Assembly (NCBI RefSeq): GCF_001949145.1
Contig: NW_019091359.1
Span: 1,314,540 to 1,378,539, forward strand
Length of the DNA stretch: 64,000 nucleotides
Source of the DNA: Acanthaster planci
Lineage: Eukaryota
Reading direction: 5' to 3'
Made by a program: the position numbers and the translations under genes. Every line of letters starts with the position of its first letter. The stretch's first letter is position 1. Below are positions 44,501 through 56,208 of this stretch, one piece after another. The notes under the pieces were generated by a model. The model had not been told where the DNA came from and did no database searches. It was given only the letters and a program-made list of their open reading frames with translations.

Positions 44501-47387
44501 ATATCTAATACTGACAACATAAAGAAAATTGCACAATTGTTTTCATCTTTTTTCCCCATGCACAAAACAGGATAACAGACAAAACACAACCATCACAGGG
44601 CAAGGACCCACTGAAATGCTCCGGAACAGCATGGCAGTGTCCTGGTAAGGACAAGGCAGCTTAAGTGTCTGGGGTCAGTGCACTTCAGTTCAAGGCCTTG
44701 CAGGCTTGCTTGCCTGGTTTGTGGGGGGGGGGATATTCTGGTATGGGTATTATAATTATGTGCCACCCAGGCCCACAGCCACCACAAAAACCACAACAAA
44801 TTACCACAAACTCCTCCAGGGTACCAAAATAGACACCAGGGATATACTCTGGTCAGCTCAAAACATAGAGGGTGGGCTGTACCGTGGATATACACAACAA
44901 TAGAATTGCAAGGCCACTCTCCCTTTCAACAAAAGTCCACTTTTTCAGTTTTGGTAAATCCTGCAATTTGTTTTTGACTCCATGCACAGGAACAATGCAA
45001 GAGACCATTAACCCAATAGTGTTTCAGGCAGACAAAATCAACGGACAATGAACAAGGGTCAACCACGGCTGTGTATTTTGTCGACAGTTGTGTTATTCTC
45101 ATCTTCTTCCCCAAGACAAAAACTGCCAATAGCGTTACATTACATTAGGAAATATTAAGTTGGGCACAAACTTTGTTAATCATCCTTAATTTCTCAATGC
45201 TCTTCGGCTCTTCTCCAATAAGACAAATTCTACATATTTCAAAATTAATTTAGGTAATTATGCCCTGTTTTACTACAAAAACTACTGGCCTTGGGCCTGA
45301 AAAATCATCATACAATACATGAATTGGATGAGAACGAGAAATCCTGCCTCCAACAAAAGCATTACACTGTCTAGTGTTGTAACACTAAAACTAAAATTAA
45401 AATCAAAGAAAAAAAAAATTGGTATGTACATGTATGTTCTGACAGTTTCTAGCTACTGCCCCTGGTTTGCGGAATCCTACTGCTTGAAACAACTGATGAA
45501 GACACAGTAATAACCTCCATGTTTCATCAAGTGTACCACGGCTCCAGGCTGAAAACCTTATCGATAATATATTCTTCTTTACTGAAGGAATGGGGGCAGA
45601 TGTAAGTGAACGAACACTAATTTCATTCCTGTTATTACACCTGTTCATGTACAAATTTTAGTTGTTAATTGTGTCAGCAATGAGGAAAATGAAGTAGAAC
45701 TTGTTCTAATCAATTAACAGCATGTTGTGATTTCTGGGCAATATAATAATGGTACATGTACCGGTATAGTGGTAAAGTTTATTTTCATAGAAAGCACACA
45801 TGAAATGATATGAGGATTCCAGATAAAAAGCAAATGCTCTTACGAGATCCAAAACCTGGCACTTACAAATTAAATAAATGGGTTCACATTTAATACAAGT
45901 TAAATTCTATCATTACATAAAGTAGATATGATCAGGAACAATATTTTTATTACTATATAATTTCAAGGAAGGAAATAAACTCGTCAAATAAGAAAAAAAA
46001 AACGGGAAAACAGCAAAGCAGGAACAAATAAGAAAAAAATTCCCTCATGTTCACTGCAGTTCCAAAACATTCATGATAACCATTTTATTTTGTAAAACTT
46101 ACATGTAATTCTGTGGTATGGTTGCACCTGTACGTACATGTACACTATACATGTGTGCATACCATAGACATTGTAGGCTATCGATTTGCAGCCACCTCAT
46201 TCACACAGCTTTTATTCTACACATATGGGTAAACGTAGTTTTCTTGAAGACTGGGACACCTGCACTTTGGCATTTCATTTCACATACATGTATATGGTAT
46301 TCATATATCCAACCCGACCCCTTCACCAGTGATAATGATGTGATCATAAAGATGAGCCCACCTCTGCATTACGATAGAAAAACATGCAAAGATAAATTAA
46401 GCACACATAAACATTGCAACTCATGAAATTCAATTCTCAGATTCCTTGTGAGGATTATCATACCGGTAATAAATTTTTACATGTATCTCCAGGGGGAATT
46501 AACCGTACATGTAACAAATCTTATCCACTAAGCTGAAGATTAACTTGTCAAGTCACCATCAAATGGCGTCTCTTCCATCACAACGGGACATGAAATGATG
46601 AAATTTTCCATTTATCGACTTGTGACGCAAGCAAATATGCATTTCGTTCTCAAAAACTGTTTCTGTCAACTCGAGAGCGACACATTACCGGTACCTCGAG
46701 GGAAACTGGGTCCCTTTGAATATTGTGGGGGGGGGGATTTGATAGCTCCTTACGGCAAAATACAGCATCAGACCTGAGCAGACGGTAACTCCCTCATCCT
46801 CTATAAATGCCCCCCCCCTCCCGCTCTGCACCTTGATATTAATCAAAGCAAGCTTTGGCTCGCGTGCATGAAGGCCACATGACATGGGTCAATATTGCCT
46901 AGGTTGTGGGCTCGGTTACAATATCAAGGGGAGGAGTTGAGCGGGTCTGTCAAGGTCGGGGATAATGTGTAGCAAATTGAAAAGGGCTATGAAAACTTTA
47001 AGAAGACAGCACAGCTTGGGATTCTTAATTGGGCCATCGATGTACTTGGTCTTGTTACTGTATTAACACAATGAAGTTTTTTTTATATCACGCTGTTATG
47101 GAAGGAATGAGCACAAAATTTCTGTCATTTTGTTGAATGCCAACCTACAGTGTGCCCAACTCAAGTGTGAGAAAAAGTAAAATTCTTGGTTTTCAATTTC
47201 TCGAGTATGTGCTCAGTAATTGTACACTGTACCACAAAAATTTGCTGCTTTACAACAGGTAGGAAACTGTCTTCCTTCTCGAGTAAGCATACTATCTATC
47301 AATTATCAGTTCCATGTGCTTCCACCAATGCAAAACCTAAAGATTTCAGATCAGTTCTGGATTTGAACAAGTGGTACCAACACACGT

Positions 47388-47539
47388 GAAGTCAGGTTGG
47401 TGCAGTACTTTGTTCACCTTCCTCCTATGCGGCTGGGGTTCTAATCCAGCCAAGGCCAACATATGACCTTTCTCTCCACCTGCTGTGGTGGGTTTTCCCC
47501 CGAATATTTGTCAGGTGTTTTCGTCCCACCTCCAAACTG
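47388..47539 (+). mobile_element. Diverged, 3'-truncated copy of the tRNA-derived SINE at 14565-14933
   Basis: GAAGTCAGGTTGG...CACCTT...GGTTCTAATCC...GTGGGTTTT...TTTTCGTCCCACCTCCAAACTG is colinear with the reverse complement of 14765-14933. Confidence 0.65.
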
Positions 47540-48463
47540 AATACTTCTGCATTGTATTCTCCCCAGGGGCCCCTTGAGGGTACTGTTTATATGAATAGAA
47601 TGACAAAGAGAAGTAATGTCCTGTTGTACATTCTGGGCCATTTTGAGGAATGTCAGCTTTTACTTTTCGTGGTTCACATTTCATTCAAAAATTACACTTG
47701 TGTATCAAAGTTGTACGCACCAAAAAGTCACTTTTTTTTAAAAAGAAAACACGCACACAGAAGCCTACATGTGGGCTATACTCCATAGGCAGATTACTTT
47801 CCCTCATCAATTGATTAGGACACCAATAATTGCAGGCAGCTATTAGAATGCATACATCAACACAGCTATTGTAGTTGGGGCCAACATGTCCTCCCCAGTA
47901 ATAGCATCAACTAAAATTGACAATATCTTGATGTTCGCTCACGCAGACGAGTGGGAACACATGAGATATCCACAGGTGTGGTGACTTCCTGCGGTAATGT
48001 GTTGGCCTTCCCTGATTGGTCCATTCAGCAGTTTCCTATAATCTAGTGTCAGGAGCGACCAACAATTTTTTTTCTTTTTCCCCTTGGTTATGAAGCGTTC
48101 CTAATTAAGAAACTAGGGGCTGCTGCTAATGGGGGGGTGTTGCAAAAAAAAAAAAAAAAGACCTGCCCCGTAATTTGTCTCCCTCAGAAAAGATCAATAA
48201 AGCTTTGTCCTTGAGGATTCAGTTCTAGTCAGTGTGCAAATATTGCAAAAATCCCTTTGCTCTAAGTGTCTACAAGTGCTGGCGCCCTCTGTTGATAATA
48301 TGCAAAAATGTCAGGTACTAATTCCAGAATTGCAAAACTGTCATTATTTTCATCTTAAAAATAGAAAGAGATGTGGAAGAATTTTTTTCTGAAAAGTTTC
48401 CAATGATACACTGCACGCATGCATTTTTACGGTATACTTGTACATGTACATATGTACACATAT

Positions 48464-49009
48464 GGGCAGTTCCACGGTGACGGACGTACATTTTGGACCC
48501 TTCAGCAGAGTGTATTATTACTAATAACCCTGAAGCAGATTTTGATTTTGATAAAAGACATCAGCTAGATGGTACCTTCATTTAATAACAAAATTCCTCA
48601 CTCAGAATTATTATCCTTGTAGAAACTGACTCATAACACCATGGTGTCGGACGTACATAAGAAAAGTAAGTGTTATAAAATAAGACATTACATAGAATTT
48701 CAAAAGGAAAATGAAAATTCATTTCTGTCCTTGTTTACTTATTGGGGCACTCTTCAAACTGTAACAAAACTGGAACCAAAAAATTATTATCAGGCTAAAA
48801 AACAGAAAATCTTTCAGAGGGGATATATTTTCCCCAATTTCTCGGAATTTAAAACCAATTTTTCAGTGTCATATAAAAGCCAAGTTCTTGAATGTTGGTA
48901 GAAATGAAGTATGTTTCATGAGAGTATACACCATAAGCTTCAAAATGATATATAATTTGGACCAGTTTGAAATTTTGGCCCACGGGTTGATGTTTCCGTG
49001 GAACTGCCC
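48464..49009. mobile_element. 546-bp non-autonomous DNA transposon with perfect 14-bp TIRs
   Basis: GGGCAGTTCCACGG ... CCGTGGAACTGCCC, flanked by ATAT on both sides (AT/ATAT TSD; ISL2EU/PHIS-like by inference). AT-rich interior, no ORF. Confidence 0.85.
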
Positions 49010-49335
49010 ATATGTACATGTACATGCACACTACCGCTACAATGTAAATCACGTTTTAGTAGTAAGTGAATGGTTTGGAAATAATGCTCCTTTCTTGTAT
49101 TTAGCATGAGGTGGCCCCTTGGTAGTTTCAATGACTGCTTCTGCCAAATACTGTCACCTCACACAAAACTAATCACATCACAGAACACTTAGATAACAGA
49201 AACCTGAGCCGTTTGTGAAACATTTTACCTTTAAATTGTTCTGAAACCAGAGAAGGCCAAACTACAGTGTATGTAAGATTAGATGAGTAAAATGATTGCG
49301 GTTGCACCATGCATCAATCTTTTTCTTAACTATGT

Positions 49336-49410
49336 GTGGTTCTGAGAAGAACCGGGGAATAACTCGACGTTTCGAACAGTGCACTCCGTCCGTCTTTAGG
49401 TAAGATTGCT
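49336..49410 (-). mobile_element. Penelope-like pseudo-LTR remnant containing a degenerate minimal hammerhead motif (49363-49402)
   Basis: Minus strand: CTAAAGA-C-GGACGG-agtgca-CTGTTC-GAAA-C-GTC-GAG, followed by the GGTTCTTCTCAGAACC inverted repeat. Confidence 0.55.
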
Positions 49411-52172
49411 TTATATATAGGAATATTTAAAGGAATACATGTAGGCCTATATGCATGCTGTACAATTTAAAAACTCGTTTCTGGCCATATTAGAACTGGA
49501 ATGGTTGACAACATTGCTGTTCCCTGAACACCTTTGATTTTTTTTTGGAAGGGACGAGGCTGCTTCATCCTCATCAGAACTCTTGAAAGATCCCTGGATG
49601 ATACACGTACATGTACAGTATGTAAATTGCAACATACATGTACACGTACCATACACTCGTGCAAGTGCCCCTAAGTGCTTTGCCCATTTGTCCTGGAAAA
49701 AAAAACTACATGTACATCTAGGTCACCTAGTCCAATGTTAACCTGGAAACTCCTGACAGCTACGGGTAATTGCAAGAAAATGTCAGAACTCCAACTTACA
49801 TGGTATTTAAAGGAACTACACAATAGGATGTTTCATGACTTGAATGCATCAAGTACAGCTTCACTTGAATGTTATGATAACTTTCCTCCTCCTTTATTGC
49901 AGTAAAAGTGAGAAATTTCAACATTCTGGAATTCATGCCGATGAAGATTTTCCCACTCACAAGCCAAAATGTCATGCCATTCAAGATAGAACAGGAGAGT
50001 CTCCATAGCTTTCTGCACAATATGCATACACGTACATGTAAATGTATGATACCTTTCTACATTTTCTTGGAGTAGGTTCCACTGTGTACTTTGTCTTCAT
50101 GTTAAACAGCTTGCTCGAACAATATTACAGTGTTTTGAAAACATTGTTGGCGAGTAATTTTGAAGGACTGATCTCTTTACTGTTCTTATCCTCTTGGAAA
50201 GGAGTGCCTTGCATGACAACATCAGCGCCCTCGTGCATGTACTGATGAAAGCATTTTCTGAGAATTGAAAAACTACCATCATTATTTTTACTAAACACAT
50301 TAAAATATGCATGAAAACAAGCTGAGCTGAATACCCACTACATGTACATGGACAAGTCTCCTTTACTACTTTCTAGCCCATTCGTAGCAGTTTTATCTGT
50401 TTTCTTCTGATTAATGTCGATAAATAAAATAATCACTCATGGATGACTCTGTTGAAGCATCAGTTTGAGGGGAACCTTCCAAGAGAATCTTGAAATTTCA
50501 GAGGGATATTTTAAGCTACCGGTATCAGAATTGAACTAACCAGTAATGGTCCCTAGTCCAAACAGGTGAGACATGTAAATAAATTTTGCCCGCTACCTGG
50601 TACATGTAGAAGAGCAATTCTATTTAGGTTCCCGGCCAAAGCCTGAAAATAAGGCCCTTTGCTTAGAAAGTAGATTCATTCCTAGAAACACTAAACATGC
50701 TTTTCCGAAACAAAACTAGTATTAAAATTCAATGATGAATCACACCTCTGCCCTGTGGATTAAAGGAACAGTCTGTTATGCACTGACAGGCTCACTTGAC
50801 CTTTGACACTTTGATCAATTTTCTCCACCCTTTGCCACGAGCATTTTAATTGCATAATGCATACAACTTACTGTCGGGGGTTCAGCAATGGTTGATTTCA
50901 GGATAGATAATGTACATCAAAGGTGTTCTGAACCATAAGTGATCAAATTGCTACCCACAACTGTTTGTGCTTTCACTGCCCAAGGCCACTTCAAATGCAA
51001 AAAAAAAACAGCACTGTATTGAAGAAAATAAAAAAAGCTCACAATCAAATTTACACAATGTGCCTAGAGTAATTCTCAACATAGGAATATATTTATTTGG
51101 AGAAGAAATGCTGACAGTACATGGGCGCTGCATGAGTAGACTCTTCTATGTGGCATGCTTTTTCAAAGGTGCTTTAAAAGAACCCGGTATTTCTGACAAA
51201 CTGACATGAGGAAATCCCTTCAACTTTCTTCCCTGGCAAAGAAATCATATGCATTAATTATCCCCAATAAAGCTGCTGACCCACTCATACATGTACATGC
51301 AAATTCTCGCAAGAGCCTGAACCCATCCGGCCAGTGCATGCATATGCATGACAAACCCCGGTAACCTGTCTAAGGTGGTTATGCTGGCTGTTATAAGTCT
51401 GCAGGTGCGCCAGTGTGAGTGACGTCATTGGACAGCTCACGTTTTGGGCTACAGACTGTAGTCTGACATCGTTTCAAGTGGCACCGGGCCAGAGCTGGAA
51501 TATATGCAACTCCTTGCCGTGTTTAAAGTGGTCGAGTTAGACTCGCACGTGAACATTATCAAATTACATCACCCTCAATGATCAACCGAGGTTCTTTTTT
51601 TTTTCATGAAACATTCTAATATTAATGTTGCTCAGAGCAAGATGTGTGATAATACCAGTACACGTCACAGACTATAGGCTAGACTGTACAGATCAGAAAA
51701 CGAGCACAATACACATGCACAGTAGAATGTACAGGCCTCCTGGGACTAGAGGCCCACAAAATATTCTGTACATAAAGGCAGCTGAGGAAACTGGCAGGGA
51801 TAAAGCAACAGACAAGAACAAACTTGATGTTATACGCACCACTGATGTCTGAGGATGTTTACTAACAAGCCCATTTTCATGTAGAAACTTCCGACTACAA
51901 TTTCTGACAGATTTTTAAATTTTTGAAGTGGCTGAAGTGAATTGAATTATTTTTCCTGCAAACACGGGGCGCACATACATATACTGCCATTTTCCCCTTA
52001 ACAATACAAATTCCAAGAACTAAAAGTTCAAATTTCCAGGGCTTTTCATACATGTATCATCACCTTGAAAAGAACTCATATGGATGTGGACCGGCACAGA
52101 TACGGTAACTGCATTTGTAACCATTAACTAACCCCCTAGGGACCATTGAAATCCTGCATAACCTTGTTGGGC

Positions 52173-52206
52173 TCAGCATGGTTAGGGTTAACACTAACCA
52201 TGCTGA
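52173..52206. repeat. Near-perfect 34-bp palindrome
   Basis: TCAGCATGGTTAG-G-GTTAAC-A-CTAACCATGCTGA; probably the centre of a decayed palindromic MITE. Confidence 0.75.
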
Positions 52207-54901
52207 ACTCAGTTGTTCACACAATCATCTTCCATGATGTCCTCAGTTGGATGACAACATTACTGTGGCAAATGAGGCACAAAGTATGTACGACAGTAGA
52301 CATGTACATGTACAACATCTGTACAATGTACGGTTATACTGTACATGTACCACCTTACTCTATAGCAAAGATCATACAGCGCCGAAGGCGCAAGATGGAT
52401 AACTCTGCCCAAAAGATGTAATTACCACGGGCGCCATTTGAGCAAGCGATATGCCTGCACGGTTTACGGTAATGCTTGGGCGCACTGTTGCAGGCACCAA
52501 CAGCATTTCATTTATGAACATAATACATCATTAGAAGGGACGAATGTGATCAGAAAGGTGCATCAATACTAGGTATAACCTCTACCGGTACATGTACCTT
52601 CTATCTACTCCATAATGGAGTATAAACATCAAATACGTATAAATCCCTGTCATCTGATTGGTGGGTTTCTGACTAAGTGGGATTGAATTTGTCATCCCAA
52701 ATGAGGCTTCACTGCACTGCAAAAACAGACGCTCCATTCTACAGTACGTGTAAATAATAGCCACATAGAATTCGGTTGTACAGTGTATAACTGCAAAAAT
52801 TTCTGAACTTGTAGGTTATGCAAATAAACATTTATTTATTCAACCTTGGATACTATACTGTATGCAGAATTTATTTAGGTGAATTAGGGATTGATTCATG
52901 ATTATTCATTTGAACAGATAATGAACATTTCAAATTCATGCAATGGAAAGAATAATTTCATTGAGGCACAGATCAACATTCCATTCCGTCAGTCAACGCA
53001 GGATGCTATCCTTACCATTCCAATCAGAATTGCTGCACTGTGGATCCCCCTCTCCCATGCTGTATAATAAAATCTTGAATCAATTCCGTGTTTTCTGTGT
53101 TGTTCCATTCAGTGTTCATCCAATAGAATCAAACTGTTTTTCATGCGGATGAGCGAAGCAAAGGAGCAGGAAACACATTACATTTAATAGTCTGAAGCTT
53201 AATGAGATCTAGTGCGGTATTTCACTGGGGTTTCATCTTGTTGGAGCCAGCCATGCAACATTTATCTCTCTGGGGGAGAAGTTGGTAAGATCATACGGCC
53301 GAAGGATTTGGCTTCAGTCATACCATACATAGCTGTATGCCTCAGTCCTGGTATCACTGAGAATGAATGACGGTAATTCAATTCAATTTTCACACTCACT
53401 ACTAGTGGTTGAGATTTCATGATGCACACTTGACTCCAAATGAGTAAAAGAGAAAATTAGAATGTAAGCTCAGTGCTCACATAAAATTGCATAACAAGGT
53501 GTCTCCAACTGTTCAAATTTAAATGGGACACCGTGATGTCCCAAGTGAATTGACCACTGAATGATTGACACAGCTTGCCTGTCTGTAGAGCATGGCCAGG
53601 CGAGGCATAACACAATAGCTTACGGTGCATCTTTATCTAACTGGTGAGACAAAGTTGCTGGTGGGTGCATTAATCTGTAGAAATTTTATAATTAATTTCT
53701 GAGAATCTACGGCAATAGAATTTCACTGTACTGTACATGTGGGCAGGAAAGGAACAATTTGTAATGCGGATGAAGTACATTTGTTTTGGCCAGGGGGGAT
53801 ATTACTTCCTGAAAGTGTTAATTCAAGGCAATAATCGGCAAAAGTCTTATGGGTAAGGCAACTGAAATGCTACATGTACATGTATTGTACAATAAATGCT
53901 CTTGTTTTTCACAACTAGCACTGAGGGTGGAAAAAATGGAAACAGTGTTTCGGATGTGAATCTAACATAAAGCTGAAGTTGGAAACTGCTTGGAGGAGTG
54001 GTATGGAGTAAGAAATTCAATGCAACCTGTCATTCTAAATTCTTGCAAAATTGAAAACTGACAATCGGTACACCTGGTACACATTTGTGACCAACTTAAA
54101 TTTTAAATTTCTTTCTACATGTATGTAATTTCCATGTTTTAATTTCTAAGGGTTTTTGGTACCCTTTCAGTTTTAAGCTAGTGCAATCTGTACAACCATG
54201 AGCGTGAAGCACAGTAATTCCAGGAGGAAACTTTAACGGTAGTTATTTCTGCATCTGTGCCACTGCCTAGTGGTTTTATTTATCCACGCCCAGAAATGGA
54301 GAGAAGTAAAAGGCGGGAAACCGGATGGCATAGTATGCATACGCTTAATAACATAGTCCCTAATTTACATATCACAACAGTTCCAGTTCATGACAGTAGG
54401 CCTATAGGCCTAAGCAAAGCTTTCAAAGTAAGCCTAATGAATAATTTCAGAGCCAAATGTTAAATTGGGTTCACAACTCAAACAGAGAAAATGCCTTGAT
54501 GAATATCAGGATTCATAAAAATGACATCACATGCAAAGCCTCAATCATTTGTTGGGTAAAAACATGGATAACAAAGAAAACGGATGTCAAACAGTTTACG
54601 TTCTCCTGTCGCAGTTGGACATCCTGGAACTTCAGTGCATTTCTGCACACCATCAAATAACCCACAGGGTAATTTTACCCCTTTGCAGTGTGTTAAAAGG
54701 CCATAGTGATGTCACGCCAACTGTGAGTAGAAAGTTACACAAAATATGATCTTTGGTAACTTCAAGTAAAATTCCTAAGTAATAAATTGTATTGAGACTA
54801 CCGGTATATAGAGACAATTATAACACCCTTATAAACACTGACTGGATGTACAACCATGGAGAAATGCCACAACATGAAGAACACAGATAAAGCTATACCA
54901 G

Positions 54902-55071
54902 GCAAGATATGGGACGGAAGGGTACCCCCCTTACCTGTCCAATCCCTATACACACTCTAGACTATTGTCACCTAACACCCCCCCCCCGATGTCTGTAAAG
55001 AATTCCTGAGATTCCGATCAAGCAATGACCAACACAAAGGCGGGGGGGGTTCTCTCCGTCCCACATCTTGC
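54902..55071. mobile_element. Small MITE-like element with ~28-bp imperfect TIRs
   Basis: GCAAGATATGGGACGGAAGGGTACCCCCC versus right-end reverse complement GCAAGATGTGGGACGGAGAGAACCCCCC. Confidence 0.55.
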
Positions 55072-55259
55072 TGCAAATGGATAAATCATGTACACACGCC
55101 TGACTACCATGACAATATCAGTACACCCTCCACTAACAAGTAACAGTCAACCATAACAACAAAGCTGAAGGTGGCAATGCAGCAGGATCTTTTGAGACAA
55201 ATGATTTTCTTTCATTGAAGAGGGGGGTTGTAGCCTACATGCCTTAGGCCTAAAGTACC

Positions 55260-56196
55260 TACTTTGAGAACTCAATGTCAAAGCTCTATCATACTCCGTG
55301 TGACTTCCAGCCAACGCGGTTTACATGGTGTCGTAATGCTATATCTAATATTTGTGGTGAAATGGTTCACAGGTGTACCGGTAAGAAAGCTATTAAACCA
55401 AATTTTCCTGTGTCAAACCTGATTAATCTATACTTCTAAAAAGCGGGATAACAAAGTTTCAGACGCATGAGATGGAGTATTTTTGAAAAAAAATGAGAGT
55501 TTTGTGCATCAATTTATCGCTTCCACCTATTGACTGTCGCTCCATTCATGCCGTTCGTGATTATCTGTCTGCGCATGCGTTGAGCCCACCAATGACTCCG
55601 CATCTTGGTTCGACCATTTTCCGCAGCGCAGGATGACATCTTGTGTTGATTTTATTGTGGGACCGTCCTGGCTGCAGCTGTGACCTGGAAACACCCATCG
55701 GGCAGGACGTGCGACACATGTTGTGCTGTATAGCGATGACAGATTGCGAGAAAATCTCCCCCGTCACCAAAAATGGTCAAACCACGATGCCGAGCAAGCA
55801 CAGTCTTTGGTAGGCCCGACGCATGCGCAGTCTGATAAACATGAATCATCAACGGCATGAACGGAGCGTCAGTCAACAGGTGGAAGCGAGAAATTGGTGA
55901 GCAAAAATCTCATTCTTTTTCAAAAATACTCCATCTCATGCTCTGAAACTTTGTTATCCCGCTTTTAAGAGGTATAGATTAATCAGGTTTGCGGACAGAG
56001 GAAAATCTGATTTTATAATCTAGCTTTCTTACACCTGTGAACCATTTCACCACAAAAATTTGATTCCAAAACCAATAGGCCTACTCTCCTTAGCCTAGCG
56101 TTAGTTTACGACACCACGTAAACCGTGTTGGCGTTAAGTCACACGGACATGACGAAGTGCATGATGTAGGCCTAGAGACTTTGAGTTCTCGAAGTA
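55260..56196. mobile_element. 937-bp non-autonomous foldback/MULE-like element: long TIRs (~55260-55620 and ~55770-56196), ~150-bp spacer, perfect 9-bp TSD
   Basis: Arms align as inverted repeats along their length (e.g. CAAACCTGATTAATCTATAC, AAAAGCGGGATAACAAAGTTTCAGA, GCATGAGATGGAGTATTTTTGAAAAA). Termini TACTTTGAG / CTCGAAGTA. TAAAGTACC at both 55251-55259 and 56197-56205. Confidence 0.85.
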
Positions 56197-56208
56197 TAAA
56201 GTACCCAC

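Noticed and set aside
54900..54921. miR-31-like sequence AGGCAAGAT
   Set aside because: Only 9 nt match, and the complementary arm is over 100 nt away; better explained as a MITE TIR.
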